Source of the DNA: Lama guanicoe | Lineage: Eukaryota | Direction of reading: 5' to 3' | Assembly: GCA_013239625.1 (NCBI GenBank) | Contig: MU053933.1 | Location: forward strand, 1,304,001-1,368,000 | DNA length: 64,000 bases | Shown: one piece after another, positions 39,176 through 52,045 of the stretch | Layout: the number at the start of each line of letters is the position of its first letter | Position numbering within the stretch: position 1 is the stretch's first letter | Translations under genes and position numbers: made by a program | The notes under the pieces: generated by a model | Seen by the model: only the letters and a program-made list of their open reading frames with translations | The model's database searches: none | What the model was told of the DNA's origin: nothing

Positions 39176-41982
39176 CACTGAGCCACGAGCCGCCTGAAAA
39201 CCTTGATTCTGCCCTCCACCAAGTGGGATGGGGAGGCAGGTACAGCCTGGGGCTCCCCACCTGAAACTTGAGGATACGTACCCTCTGTTAAGGGCCAGGA
39301 CGGTTACGCGAGACGGCACGCCCAGGGCCCTTAGCGCAGCCACCGCCTGTGGTAGGATGGCGCCCCCCTGTCGGGCCAGCTCCTTCCTCCCCAGCACAAG
39401 CGCCCGGATGCTGGCTCTTCCATGCCTGTGGGTCAGGGCTCGTCGCTGGGTGAGAGGGAGCAGGGAAAGCCGGGGGTGGGCAGTAGGGGAGTGGGCTTCG
39501 GGCTTGGGAGACGGGGAGGGGACAGGCTGGGGAACCTGAAAGGCAGCCAGGCCCTTCCCAAGATGACCAGAGGCACGGCATCAACTCGAACCAGGGCTTC
39601 CTGCTCTGGCAGCCCAAATGGGTTACAGGTGAGTGCAGCCATTGAGCCCACCTGGCCGGGGCTGCACCTGGGTCCCAGGCTGAATGGACGCCCCAGCGAG
39701 GAGCCCCAGGAGAACCCAGCCTCCCCTGGTCATCAGGGCGCCTCCAAAGGTGAGCATTTTCTGCAAAGTCAGTACGTGGGAGACTTTGGGAAACAGGTGC
39801 TGGAGGGAGGATGCAGAGTGCCAGGCAGGGTCACTGCGGACGGACAGGGGAGCAGCACGGGGCTAGAGTGGTCTGGAGGGAGGGTCAGGGTCCTTCCCCT
39901 ACCCCGGTCTCCTCCAACCACCTCCAAGTGCAAAAGGCAGGTTGGCCACTGGGCAAAGGCCTGGTTACCGGGTGTCATGGCCACTGTGGGCCCAGCCTCC
40001 AGCTCTCCAGGGGAGGGGCCCCGAGGCCAGTGAGGATGGAGCAGGATGTGGGAATCCTCCCCCAGCAAGTGAGGCTGGGGCGGAGAGGAGTGTCTGTGAG
40101 CTGCCGGTGGTGGGGATCCTGCCAGGCCCTCGGGACCTGCCCCCGCCAAACACACACACAAAACACAGAGCTGCCAGTGCAGTGGGGCCCTGACCAGGCC
40201 TCTGGAGCAGGACTGCCAGTTGCTCCCCTCGCAGGGGATTTTAAACACGAGTGTCCGCCCCAGGCGGCTACAGACCTGTCCCTCTGCACCCCCGACTCAA
40301 CCACACGGGGGCCCCTTTTCTCCTGGGAACAGACCTTCCATGCTGGGGCTCCAGACAGAGGGAGCTGTCCCTGGAGAGAGGGTCCCAGTGGGAACAGAAG
40401 TGGAACATTCCTGAGACAAAGCCCGGGGTAGGGGCAGGGGGTACTTAGGCTTAAGGCTGAGACAGACCCGCCAAGGGCCAAGGGTTAACCCGAGAGGACC
40501 CCAGCCGGAGCTGGAGGACCAGTGGTCTGTGAGAAAGCCCGTGCTGACATCCCCTGATGGGAGCAGGGCCTAGCTGTGGGCGCACTGCATGGAGAACTCA
40601 CCCTGGAAACCGTCCAGGCCCGCGGCCCCGCCTGCCTCAGAGCCACAGGCAGAGAGGCACTTCGTCCCACGGCGCCCACAAGCCGGGCAAGTGCAGAGTG
40701 TGCTGGGGGTGCCGTGGGGCCGCCAGACACTTTCCTGCCTGGAAAAGCAGTGGCCCCAGGCCACAGCCGGGGAGGCCACATCACGGCCCCCTGCTCACCA
40801 GCCATCACCAGCACCTGGGGCCCTGGGCTGTGGTCCAGGCTCTGCGGGCTGCAGCGCTCCCAGACTCCCCATCCAATCCAAGGGGCTGCCAGGTGTCCCC
40901 ATCTCTGGGGCCAGTGCTCCACGCCCCCACCTCACCCACAGGTGCCCGGGGGCTCTGTGCCTCAGGCCCACTCCCTAGAGGCCTGGGCTGAACGTGTGTC
41001 CATCCGTCCCCTTACCCTGAGCCCCAGGGACGACCCTGCCTCCATTGACAATGCCGGTGGGCACCCTGTGGCCAGCACTGCCTGCAGGGAGGGAGGGAAG
41101 GAGGAGACCCCCGGCATCCTGGCCGCTCTCTGGTGGCGGGTGTCCCAGCCGGGCACCCCACACTGTTCCCAGGGCATGGGCCCCGACCGCCAGGCCCGCC
41201 CCACCCACTGCAGTGTAGGGGCTGGAAGCTTAGCACGTGCGCAACTGTTTGTGGCCAGATGCCCTTCCCATGTCCCCTCAGCCTGGTCCCCTCCGCCCTC
41301 CCAGGAGGACTCCACCATGAGTCACATCTCCACCCTGGTGTCAGGCAGAAGCGGCTTCGCGGAGTCAGATCGCAGAGGCCACACCCTCCAGAAGTGGGGC
41401 CCCGACCCAGCTGGCAGCCTGGAGCAGGCTGGGGTTGGAGGGGAGGGAGCCCGTCCTGCCCCTGGGTCCTGCCCTGCTCCCTGCTCCTGCTCCAAGCAGT
41501 GCAGGCGGCCACTCTGACCAGTCCGACCAGCTCGAAGACTCTTGCTGGGCCGGCTCTGCAGGCCTGGGGCAGGTCATGGTGACAGTGTGTCATCTGAGGA
41601 GGATCCTTTGGCATCACGTTGGGTGGCTCTGCCCTAAGTGGCTCAGAGGCCCAGCTGCGTGCCCAGGAGCCCCAGCCCCAGCCCCTGCTGGCCAGGGAGA
41701 GCCAGGACCCCGCCAGAGATCCCTGGGCAAGGGCTGGGGGCCTGGCAGGCAGAGGGGAGGCCTCCAGAGGTCTGAGCCACTGGATGGGGCCAAGACCGAC
41801 CCCCAGAGTCACCCCAAGCCCCTGCGGTTGGGCGGAGCAGCACCTCCATTCTCATCCTGGCCTGCCCCTGTCAGCCTTCGTGTCAGACCTCAGTGTCCTG
41901 CTCTGGTCCCCGAGGCACCAGGCTGGGCCAATTAGATGAGCTCATATTTAAGACAGGGGATTGTTTTTCCTGCTAACCTGGC

Positions 41983-42405
41983 GTAGAGGCTGAGTGGTGG
42001 CCCTGAGAGAGATGCCTGCCCAGACCTGGGGGTGTGGCCTGACGTGCAGTGTGGCCTGTGCAGGCGGGCTTGAGGTGAGGATGCAGATGAGGACATCCTG
42101 GATCAGGGTGGCCCAAAATCCAGTGACGGGAAGAAGACACGGACTCGCAGGGAGAGGCCACGTGAGGACGGAGGCGGAGATCGGGGGCCGCATTTCCAGG
42201 CCCTGGGGCGCCGGGCCTGCTGGCCACCAGCAGGAGCAGAGTAGGCTGGGGTCAGACTCTCTCTCCCCATCCTCAGAAGGAACCAGCCCTGCCCACACCT
42301 TAACCTGGACTTGTGGCCTCCAGAGCTGTGAGAGAATGAGTTTCTGTGGTTTAACCCACCCGGTTTGTGGTGATTTGTTACGGCCGGCCCAGGAAACGGC
42401 TACAC
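41983..42405 (+). mobile_element. MLT1C-like solo LTR
   Basis: ggccacgtgaggacggaggcggagat; cctcagaaggaaccagccctgcccacacctt; ggcctccagagctgtgagagaatgagtttctgtggtttaa; gtttgtggtgatttgttac. Confidence 0.85.
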
Positions 42406-43257
42406 CCAGGATACTCAGAGTGAGGGACACGCCAGTGACTCAACTCAGAGCCCTGGCAGGAGCGGCAGGAGTGAGGCTGGGGTGTGGGGGTGGGGAGGGA
42501 GCCGGCGGCCATTGGTCACAGGGCCCGCAGGGCTGCACAGCTGGGGCGGGGAGCAGGCCACGGCCCGACCCCCTCACCCCCTGTCAGGGGGCGGCTGGCA
42601 TGGGGGGCTCTCCTGCACCACAGCAGACCACGCCTCCTGACTTTCCGTCCCCTTCCTCCCGACCTGACAGGGCACAGCACCTGCGTCCTGCGGTGACTAG
42701 CCCAGACTGGCCCCCTGTGGGCAGCCGCCTGGACTGAGGGGGTCAGCGGGTGGAACCAGAGAAGCCCTGGGACCCCTGAGTCAGGGAAGCACGGCTGTTG
42801 GGCCCCTGAGGTTGATGGCCCCGGAGTGAAGAGTCTGAATGTCCCGTTGGGGTGAGGGGCCCCTCTCTGCATGCCTGCTGCTCCTGAACGGGCGCTCGGC
42901 AGGGTGGGGTGGGGGGCGCTCGGCAGGGTGCCCGGAACTCCTCAGGGAGAAGAGCATTCTTGGATTCTCAGAGGAGAGGGGAGGGTTACCAGCACTCTGT
43001 ATGAGCAAGGACGAGATGGCCTGTGTGAAGGGTGAGCGTTAGGGGAGAGAGGGAGGCGCAAAACCAGGCCCCGGGCGCCCCGCCGCTCGGCGCGCAGACG
43101 TGAGCCCTGCGGTGAGGGCAGCTCGCGGGTCTGACCTCCGGGCTCCGCAGCGCGGCTGGGGGGACGCGGCCCCCACCCCGGGCCTGAGGACACAGCATCC
43201 CCCTGCCGCCCATGTTTGCTGCCTGGAGGAGGGCCACTCAGAGCAGGCGAACTGAGC

Positions 43258-43309
43258 CACGCGCGCGCACACGCACACACGCGCACACACGTGCACACGC
43301 GCACACGCA
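43258..43309. repeat. Uninterrupted 52-bp alternating purine/pyrimidine (CA/CG) tract
   Basis: cacgcgcgcgcacacgcacacacgcgcacacacgtgcacacgcgcacacgca. Confidence 0.9.
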
Positions 43310-44909
43310 GCGGTGTTGCCCAGGTGCCGAGGGAGGCGGGGTTCCGGCTCTCAGGGTGGTCCCCGTCCAGAGGAGTTGGAGGTGTCCTGTTTCAGGGGTG
43401 CCCTGCAGGGGTGCTGGGCTGGTGCCAGGAGGACACCCTACTTGTTTCAGCTCAAAGTGGGTTGAGGGGAGCCGGGGTCACCTTCTCAGAAGGCCTTGTG
43501 TGGATAAAGCGTCGTATCTCCGAGGTGACTCACTTTTGCTCCTGTCCCAGAGTGGGGGGAGGGGGCAGTGACGAAGGGGGGCGCTGGGAGGGCCACACAG
43601 GGAAGCTGCGGGAGGCAGCAGGGTCACACCACCCCTAGACCGGCTCTCTCCACCCAAGAAAGTGCTGGCTCACACCTGGGCCTCGGGCCCACCAGGAGCA
43701 GATCGGAAGCGAGCGTTTCCCCGCACGCTCCAACAGCTGTGTTTCTCATTAGGCTCCTCTGAGGAAGCATTTGTCTCAGTGAAATTGCAGGTTTGCTGTG
43801 GTGGCAGCAGACCCCTGCCAAGTCCCTCAATTAGCTGGAGTCCTCCAGTGGCCACAGGCCAGCCACTGTTCCTGGGAACCATCCCGAACCCACTGGGGCA
43901 GAGATTCCAGCTTCCGCTCCCTCCTCACGGGGCCTGACCCTGGGATGCTTGCATCACGGAAACTGCTTTTAGAAGCCCCGTTGCCCAGCCGTCCAGTTCT
44001 CAGGGAGGCAGGAGCACGGCTTAGCAGGCAGCGCTCGGTGGACGTGCAGCCCATCTCCCCAGGGACCCCCTGCGCCTGCGAGGCCGGTGCCCAGAGCTGT
44101 GACGTCACTGTGATTCCAGGCGGCTGCCAAGCGCCCAGCATGAAGGCCCCTCCTGGCCAGCTCAGCATTGACGCAAATCAAAAGCTTCCAGCTCTCCAAG
44201 CAGCTGCCACCCCATCCTCAGCCGGCAGCCCTGCGGTCCACGGCGGGGAGGGCGGGAGGCGGCAGGCTGCAGCGTGGGGCCTGGCATTTGAGATAATCAG
44301 CTGCTCTTCAAAGGGCAGCCAGCGTGGCATGTGGGCTCCCTGGAGGCCAAGGAGAGCCAGCCACTCTCAGAGCTCCCAGCGAGGTCAGCCGCCCTGTGGA
44401 GCCACAGTTCTGCTTGCCAGGCTGTCTCCTGCCCTGTCTCCCCATCCAGCAGGTGCCCGGGGTCCTTCAGCCCTGGTTGTGGCCATTTGCCCAGAGTGCA
44501 CTAGAAACATTGGAGGAAGTCAGGCCAGGTGGACCCACCCCAGGGACGTTTGGGAGCAGGGGGCAGGGCAGCCTCTGAGTGGCATTGAGCAGGGTGGGGT
44601 GGGTTTCCAGTTTCCTCCAGGTCTCCTTACAGGGTGGGTGTAAACAGTAGCTGTCCGGAGCTGCTACCATCTGGCCTCCCTGAGCCTCCAAGGAGCTGGT
44701 GGAGGTGCACTTGTCAGCAGATCCTCACCAGCGCAGCCCACAGACCACACACATCCGGGGATCCTTGGAGGAACTTGGGGAGCCAGGCGTGACGACCATG
44801 CAGACCCAGAGCAAACTTCCCAACACCTCTGGACCAGAGCCCTCCTGGGAGCCTGACTGCCATGGAAAAGGCCACCTCAACCCACCTGCCGGAGTGTTCT
44901 GTCCTTCCT

Positions 44910-45066
44910 TACACACACACACACGTGCTCACACATGGATGCACACAAACACAAGGACTGCAAGCACACACGTATGTTCACCACATTCACACACCATGCA
45001 CATGCACACATGCATGCACACGTATCCACACATGCAACACACACACACACACACACGCACGCACAC
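44910..45066. repeat. Degenerate (CA)n simple repeat
   Basis: Directly visible. Confidence 0.85.
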
Positions 45067-48000
45067 GGCAGCAAGGCGTTCAGCTGCTCTCTATTCCCAG
45101 ATCAGCACCTGCTATCACAGAGAGGGCCCTTTTCAGGATTTTGATCAATTCCTGCTCAATACAAGGACCCTCCTGTCTCTGTGCCCCCACCCCCCGCCAT
45201 GGTGTGGTCGGGACCAAGACGCTCTGCCCTGGACTCAGTGGACGCGGAAGAATAGGGTGTCCAGGGGCTGAGGTGGCCGCCTGGGACCAGTGGCAGGTTC
45301 AGGTGGGCAGGACAAAGCAGGAGCTGAGGATGAGAACACCAGGCCCCGCCTCAAGGGCGCCTTTGCCCCTCCGGGCCGCCAGGAGAAGAGCCCAGTCCCT
45401 GAGACCTCAGCCCCATCACCGGGCTGGTGGGCGTGGCTGGGTGGTTTGCAGAGAAAAGCCCACCCTGGGGGTCCCTCTGGGTGCGGTGGGAGGCCGCGGC
45501 TGACCCTGCCCAGGTGGGCGGCCCTCGGAGGGCCGGGACCCCTCCCTATGGAGCGCCTGCTGGAGGGGCCAGAGTGGCCTGTGCGGTCCTGCCTGGAGAC
45601 CCAAAATGTCTGGCACCCAGTACAGTCCACGTGGGCCAGTTGGGCCTGCTGGGAGGCCGGCCTCCCCGCTTCCTGTCTGGGGCTCTGTCCGGTCCTCATC
45701 CAAGGTGGAGATGCTGCCGCTGGACTGTGGGAGCACCTGGGGCTCCTCGGGAAAGAGCTGCTCTCTGCAGGGGGCGTGGACCCTCCCGTGGCCTCCCTCC
45801 AGCTTCCCTCTCTCCGCGCTCCGGCCTGAGGTTGGTCTCTGTTCTGTTTTGCTTTAATAACTAAAACAATTGGCACAGGTGAACTCAGCTGATGGGCAGT
45901 TGGCTGATGGTCACACTGTCCACATGGCCAGGCCGGCGGCCGTCACGTGCAAGCCGGGAGGGGGCTGGTGGGGGGAGGGCCTGGCAGGGGTGCCCCAGGC
46001 TCAGCAAAGGCACCCCGGAGGTAGAAGGACCCCCTCCCCTCCCCACCCCAAGCCTTGTTTCCCAGACAGGAAAGGGGTCAGAAAGGTTGAGGAGCACTGT
46101 CCCCCTCGCCCCACCATAGGCGAACAGAGCCCTGGCCACCAGACTGCGCCCCAGACAGAGGGGGCGTCTCTCTGCCGGTTCTAGCTGAGCAAGGCCGACC
46201 GCGGCCAGCTGTCTGCCTTCCTGCTCACTCCCTGTCAAGCCGCGGTGGCAGGGCCCCGAAGTTGGTATTCTCACACATTCCAACCTGCCCTTTGGTTTAT
46301 AAGACTTAAATGTTTGCTCTCCCATTAGGAAAATAATCAGAAGTCATCCCGTAAGTGGAGCACACACACTGGTGCCCTTCAAAAGCAAATGCTGCTCTTT
46401 CTAAAGGAGGGCCGGGCTGGGCGGCTCTCGGAGCATACACCCCCACCCTCCCCACACTGCCTCCACCTGCCTGAATGTTCTAGAAGCTCAGGGCACGTGG
46501 ATAGAGCAGGACGCAGGAGCCCTGGCCTGAGACAGGCAGCTCACGGGCCTCACAGCCAGGCCCCACACCCAGAGGAGTCCCCACCTCGCCTGGGCCAGGG
46601 CAGCAGGGATGCTGGCTTCTGCCAGGGGGTGAGCATTTCTGGGCCCCAAGTCTTCCCAGGCATCGCTGGAGAAGCTGCTGGCAATGAGAGAGAGCGAGCT
46701 TTGCTTTGGCATGGAAGGTCTGTATTGGAGTCTGGGCTCTGTCTCGTGCTTGACACATGGCAGGGACAAGCTGCGTGCCGTCTCCAGGTTCCAGCTGTCT
46801 TAGGAAATGACGGGGTCCCAGCTCCCTGCACCGCAGCTGCCCTCTCCAGCGAGTGAAGACACAGCTGGTGGTCTGGGCCGTGCTGTGTGGAACCCCGGGT
46901 GGGCACATCCCCACGCTGCCCTCGGTGGCCTCGCGTCCGCCGAGCTGGGAGTATTTATACCGCGGGCAGCACACGTGCGGGAAGTCGGGGCTGTCTGTCC
47001 GAGCTGCTCCCAGCGCACCGCTAGCTCTGGTCTTCAAAGCCCCCTCACCTGCCGGGAGGCTGAATCAAGGTCTGGAAAGACTACATGAAATGCCAGCACA
47101 TGGGAGGCCCTTTCCGAAAGATTTGCAGGAATACACAGGAAAGCAAGTGACCCCAGGTCACCTCTCTCCAGTCCCCAGCGGGCCTCTTCCTCGGGAGAGC
47201 AGGCGCTCCCCGAGGCCAGGCTCCCGGGCCCCAGCGGGCTGCCCACTTCCTGGGGACACGCACACGCGGCCCCGCACGGTCCCGAGGGCCGAGATGCCGA
47301 CGTGCGGGGAGCACGTCTGCCGGGCTTCTCACTGCCGTTCCTGAAATATTTCTGGAGAAGCCTGGGGCCTCTTCGCACCTGGGTGTGTGTGCTCCTGAGG
47401 CCCCGCCCTGGCTCTCCTCCCACGGGGCTCCCCCTGCAGGACGCGCATCCCAACGGGGCCGGCAGAGGAAGCCCTACGGACGGCGGGCCGGGGCCGAAGG
47501 TGCCGGGACCCCCGGGACCTCATTCCGGTGCATTGGTCACCCCCCCTGGGGTTGGATTGCGAGGATTACGTGGGTAGCGGACGTGAGGAGCTCCTGCCTG
47601 GCTGAAGCTCAGAGAGGAGGAGCCTCCATTCCCACCATGTTTTCCTGCCACTCTGGATTTGCCGAGAGCAGCCTGGGTCTGGGTGGGGAAAGGGCGGCTC
47701 CGGTTTCTTTCCTGGCAGAAGGCCGCAGAGCACCTGGGTGAGGGCGGGGTCGTGCATGGCCCACAGGAACCACCAGGTGGGCAGCTGGGGCACTTCCAAT
47801 AAGGAAATCCTTGGGTGTGATCACACGCTTATGAGTGCTGGCTGTTCTCTTTTTCCTCCTCAAAAGCATGCCTCTACCTGGAGGCCCTCCGGGCTGGGCT
47901 CTCCCTCCTTCGGGAAACAACCCCACCCTGAGCCTGTCGGGCCGTCTCCCTGTCCTTCTCACCCGTCCCGGGTCTCCAGGGGACCCCTCTCGAGAGTTTG

Positions 48001-48383
48001 TGGATGGTCTACCACCCCTTTGGCCCGGAGGGCTCCTCCCCATTTGCCGAAAGACAGGCAGCTTCCTGCCAGGTCCCCTCTGCATTCTGTGTTCTGGAAG
48101 GTTCCCAAGGGCCGACATCCAGTGAAAGGCAGGCCTGCCTCTGCAGGCACATGGGTTTCCAGCCAGCATCACCCTCTCCTTTGATGGGCGGCCCCTAACA
48201 CCCGCCTTGGAGCTGGTGGGTTTGGGAGACGGTGGGGTGGGAAGCACAGAGAGTGTTCCAGGCGGGCCTGCCAGGGCCAGGGGTGAGCGGCCACTGCCCG
48301 GAGCCCTCGGTAGGCTGCCTGCCCAACAGCTCGGCAAAGGGCACACCATCCGAGACTCTGAATTCCCACGGCAGAAAGCTCCG

Positions 48384-48471
48384 CAGGTGGGCCTCCTTCT
48401 GCCTCTGGCTCAGGTGGGCCTCCTTCTGCCTCTGGCTCGGGTGGGCCTCCTTCTGCCTCTGGCTCGGGTGG
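48384..48471. repeat. Minisatellite, about 3.25 x 27 bp (caggtgggcctccttctgcctctggct)
   Basis: Units at 48384, 48411 and 48438, partial unit at 48465; A>G variant in the later copies. Confidence 0.95.
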
Positions 48472-49656
48472 TCCGTTGGCCTTTGCTTCCTGGCTCTCTC
48501 AGGAGGGAGTCCCCTGCCAGGGACGCTGGGGACGCTTGGCTCCATCCTGCATGTTGTGACATCTGGACTCTGCAGTTTGGGCCAAGATAGAAACAAGCGG
48601 AAGGTTCCTGAGATGAGACTCCCCATGCCACTGTCCAGCGGCCCCCAGACGTCGGGTGGGTCATGGCGCCCCTCTGGGGTGGCCGTGGGGCATCTCCTTT
48701 ACTTCAGGTGGGAAGTGGGGTCCACAGGGCTCTCTGGGGCCTTATGGTGGGTAAGCAGGAGCATGAGGACAAGGGCCTCAGGGGACCTCAGCCCAGACTT
48801 CCTAGTGGACACTGAAGGCCACGCCCCGACCCCCACCACGTCCACATGGCTCCCCCCAACCTTAGACATCTCCCACCAAAGAGCCCGCAGCAGCCCCCGA
48901 CCCAGCGTTGGACCACAGGCCTACCTCTCCCTCCAGGGCCCAGCTGGGGAGGCAGGGACAGCCCCACACCAACAAAAAACATGAGCCAGATACCCCAGGC
49001 TTCTCTCCACTGTCCCAAAGCGCCAGTGACTCTCAGACTTCCGCCCCCTCCCCCTCCCACCACGCTGCTCCCAGTCACGTAGCCCAGCGCTCGCTCGGGC
49101 CGGGGCGGGGGGGCGGCCCTCCTTCTCCTTGGACTCCTTCCTTCCAGGGAGCTTGACGGAGTTGACACTCGTAGTTTGGGGCTGACTCAGGGAGGAAGGC
49201 GGCGACTGGAGACACACAGAGTGCCCAGATTCCTTCCCAGACCTCAGGCATCAGCTGTGCCTCTGACCCCAGAAGGCTGAGCGCCCGCTAGGCTGGTGAC
49301 CAAGGTGGCCACAGGCAGGGAGGGGGCACCCGGGCCAGAGAAGCCCAGTGTCCAGTGGGAAGAGGCCTCAAGGTCAGCGGGGCCATGGGGACCCCACGCT
49401 GGGGGCAGGAGGAGAGGGACAGGATGCAGTGTCTGCTTCTAAAAGTCCGGTATCGATTTTCTTGTGTTTTAGAAAGAATGCAGAGCATCAGAACCACGAT
49501 TGCAGGGGTTTTACCACTTACGGTCAGGACTGAGTCAGTAGCGAAGTTAGCCCTGAGCTGACCAAACGAAAACTATGAACTGAAAACACATCTTGGATCT
49601 GCTAAAATCTTGCTGCAGACCGCGAATAAGGGGCGTGTGGGAGGCAGGGAGCTGGC

Positions 49657-49982
49657 CCTGGGCTCTGCACACTGTTTCTGGAAAGGGCCAGGGAGTAAAT
49701 CTTTTAGGCTCCGCGGTCACACAGTCGCCGTCGCAGCCACTCGCCTCGGCCGCTGTGTCATGAAAGCAGCCTGGGAAGACAGGCGAGCAAGTGGCCGTGG
49801 CCACGTGCCAATAAAGCGTTATTTATGGGCCCTGACATTTGAGTTTTCTGTAATTTCCACATATTGTAAAATAATCTCCTTCTCTGCCTCCTCCTCCTCC
49901 AGCTATTTAAATATGTTAAAACTGCCCTCAGCTGGAGGGTCGGCTACAAACAGGTCAGATCTGAGGATAGTTGACACCCCTG
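49657..49982 (+). mobile_element. MER58B-like hAT-Charlie element
   Basis: tttctggaaagggccagggagtaaatcttttaggct...gtgccaataaagcgttatttatgg...atttaaatatgttaaaac...tagttgacacccctg. Confidence 0.8.
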
Positions 49983-49994
49983 ATCCCCTCAGAT

Positions 49995-50085
49995 GCTCTC
50001 ATTTTGGGTGAAGTGACAGCCCCAGAGGCAGGAAGGCACTTGCTTAAGCGCACAGGGCAGCTGGTGGCAGAACCTGGCCTGGGGG
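49995..50085 (-). mobile_element. MIR fragment
   Basis: cccagaggcaggaaggcacttgcttaagcgcacagggcagctggtggcagaacctgg. Confidence 0.55.
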
Positions 50086-51689
50086 CCATCCCCATGCTCG
50101 GCCCACAGTCCTTGGTCACACTTCCTGGGGCTCCTTGGGTGTGGTGGGGCTGGCGGGGCTGCCGGCCCCATATGTCACCCCCTCTGACGGAATGCTGTGG
50201 GGGAGCGGGCGCAGCCCGAATCCGGGTGGATCTGGGCTGCCAATCTCAGAGCCCAGCCCGCATGGACCCTGGGGACCTGTGAGCCCCTGTTGCCCAAACA
50301 TGGTACCCACCTCCTGGCTAATGTGGCTGGCCCAGGAGTGGGCTCCAGGCGGCACCGTCAGGGCGTCCGCGGACGAGGGGAGGAAGGGGCTCTCGTTCTT
50401 CTGGGGTTTCTAACATGGACCACCATGCAGGCCTTGGGGTGCCACGGCCAGGACCCCAGACTCCTGAAGGAGGGCCCTCTGCAGGAGGGGAGAGGCCCCA
50501 CTTGGAGAGGAACAGGACGGGATGGAGCAGAGAGGTGGTGAGACGTCTGGGCCGCCGCAGCCCTGAGACCACCCCACCCAGGACTCCTGATGAACTCTTT
50601 TTTTTAAAGTTATTCTGAGTTGGGATTTTGTTTTCTGAAATTCTGTATCTTGAGCTCCCCCTGGACACTTCCTGAAGGAGAACCACAGAGAGGATGCTGG
50701 GCCCGGAGATCACGGTACAGCAGCCGCAGGGGCTCCCTGCCGCGTGGCCAGCACCCGGTGGGGCGGGGAGTCGGGGAGGGCCCCTCACTTGGGGGCAGCG
50801 AGGACACACTGGGAAGCCCAGCGCCCCCGTGGACCCTCCTTAGAGCCGCCCCAGAGACGCTGGGACACCACTGGCTCTCGGAGGACCTTGCAGACTTGTC
50901 CCTCTTTACCCCATCTGCCCCGACCCCTCCAGGGGATGTAGGCGCCACACCGCACACTGTTACTGCACCCCGATGAGCCCTGGGCCTGGCAGCCCCGCCG
51001 GAATATTCCAGAGGCCCAGGAGGCCGTCAGACTGTGACGTGTGATAGAAATCCCCAAATGTTCCAGGACAGGCAGCCGATTTAACCTCCACGTTTCCCTG
51101 CTGACGGCTCCTTCAGACCCGATGGTCTCACAGCAGAGACCCGCTGGCGTTCTGTGCTGGACCATCGGCTGACCCAGCAAGGGCCTGGGACACCTTTTGG
51201 CTGGCGGCGGTCAGCAGAGACATGAATGAAAAATCAATTTTATAAAAGCATCCTTTCGCAAGGGCAGCACTTCCTTTTGTCTCTGAAAGCAATCAGGGCA
51301 GGGACCCGAGGGAGACGCTGCCCAGAGCGAGGTCAGAGGCCAGGCGTGGGCACTACTGCCGCCTGTGGCCGGGAGGCTGGGGCGCCCCCGGGGGGCTGAG
51401 GCCTGCTCCCCGCCTGCCGGGACAGTCTGGGTCACTGGGCTCCCGTGGGAAGGGCAGGCTGCTGGGACCTGGCCGGGCCTGTCCTGTCTGTGGGCCCTGG
51501 TGACCTCAACTGTGTGCTAACGGAGGAGGGGTGAGAGGGCGACCTCCCTCTCCTCTCTGGGGAAACCACGGCAGGAGGGAAGCCCCCAGAGCCGCCCGGC
51601 ACCTGGAAGCGGACTCAGTCTGACCTCCAGCAGGTGCTCCTCCTCCTCGGGGGAGGCTGGGACTGACCCTGAGCCCCGTGGCCCTGCAT

Positions 51690-52045
51690 GGGCTTGGGCG
51701 ACGCGCTCAGGCAGAGAACAGGTCACAGAGGACGGACGCCCGCAGGCCGGCGCCCGGAGGAGCGGAGCCCGTGGGGCCCGCACAGGGCCGGCCCTGCGGG
51801 CCGCGCTCCCTCCTCCCGCACTCCTGCCTGACGTGCGCGGCTCTCCGCGGAGCCCCGGGTGGGACGGGAGCCCGGCCCGGCGGCAGCCCGCCTTCGAGTG
51901 AGGCCCGGCCCGCCCCGGCCCTCCCGACACGGCGGCGCGAGGGAGCTGCCCGGACGCCCGCCCCTGCCCGCGCTGCTCACGGTGCCTGGGGGCCGTTTTC
52001 ACCCCAGACGTGAGAGTCTGCCTGCAGACCCCGCGTCCGGGCACG
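51690..52045. promoter_or_regulatory. Small CpG island (candidate promoter or enhancer)
   Basis: Highest CpG density in the window, not repeat-derived; GC box (ccgccc) and a TGACGT half-CRE near 51828; no associated CDS seen. Confidence 0.6.

Noticed and set aside
37068..42930. Short direct duplications (about 17-bp units at 37068-37109; 17-mer at 42890-42906 and 42914-42930)
   Set aside because: Typical slippage products with no associated structure
14025..48685. Scattered CTCF-like matches (near 14028, 36563, 45765, 48665)
   Set aside because: Each has mismatches or spacing errors in the core, and such matches are frequent in GC-rich DNA. They need a PWM scan and ChIP data.
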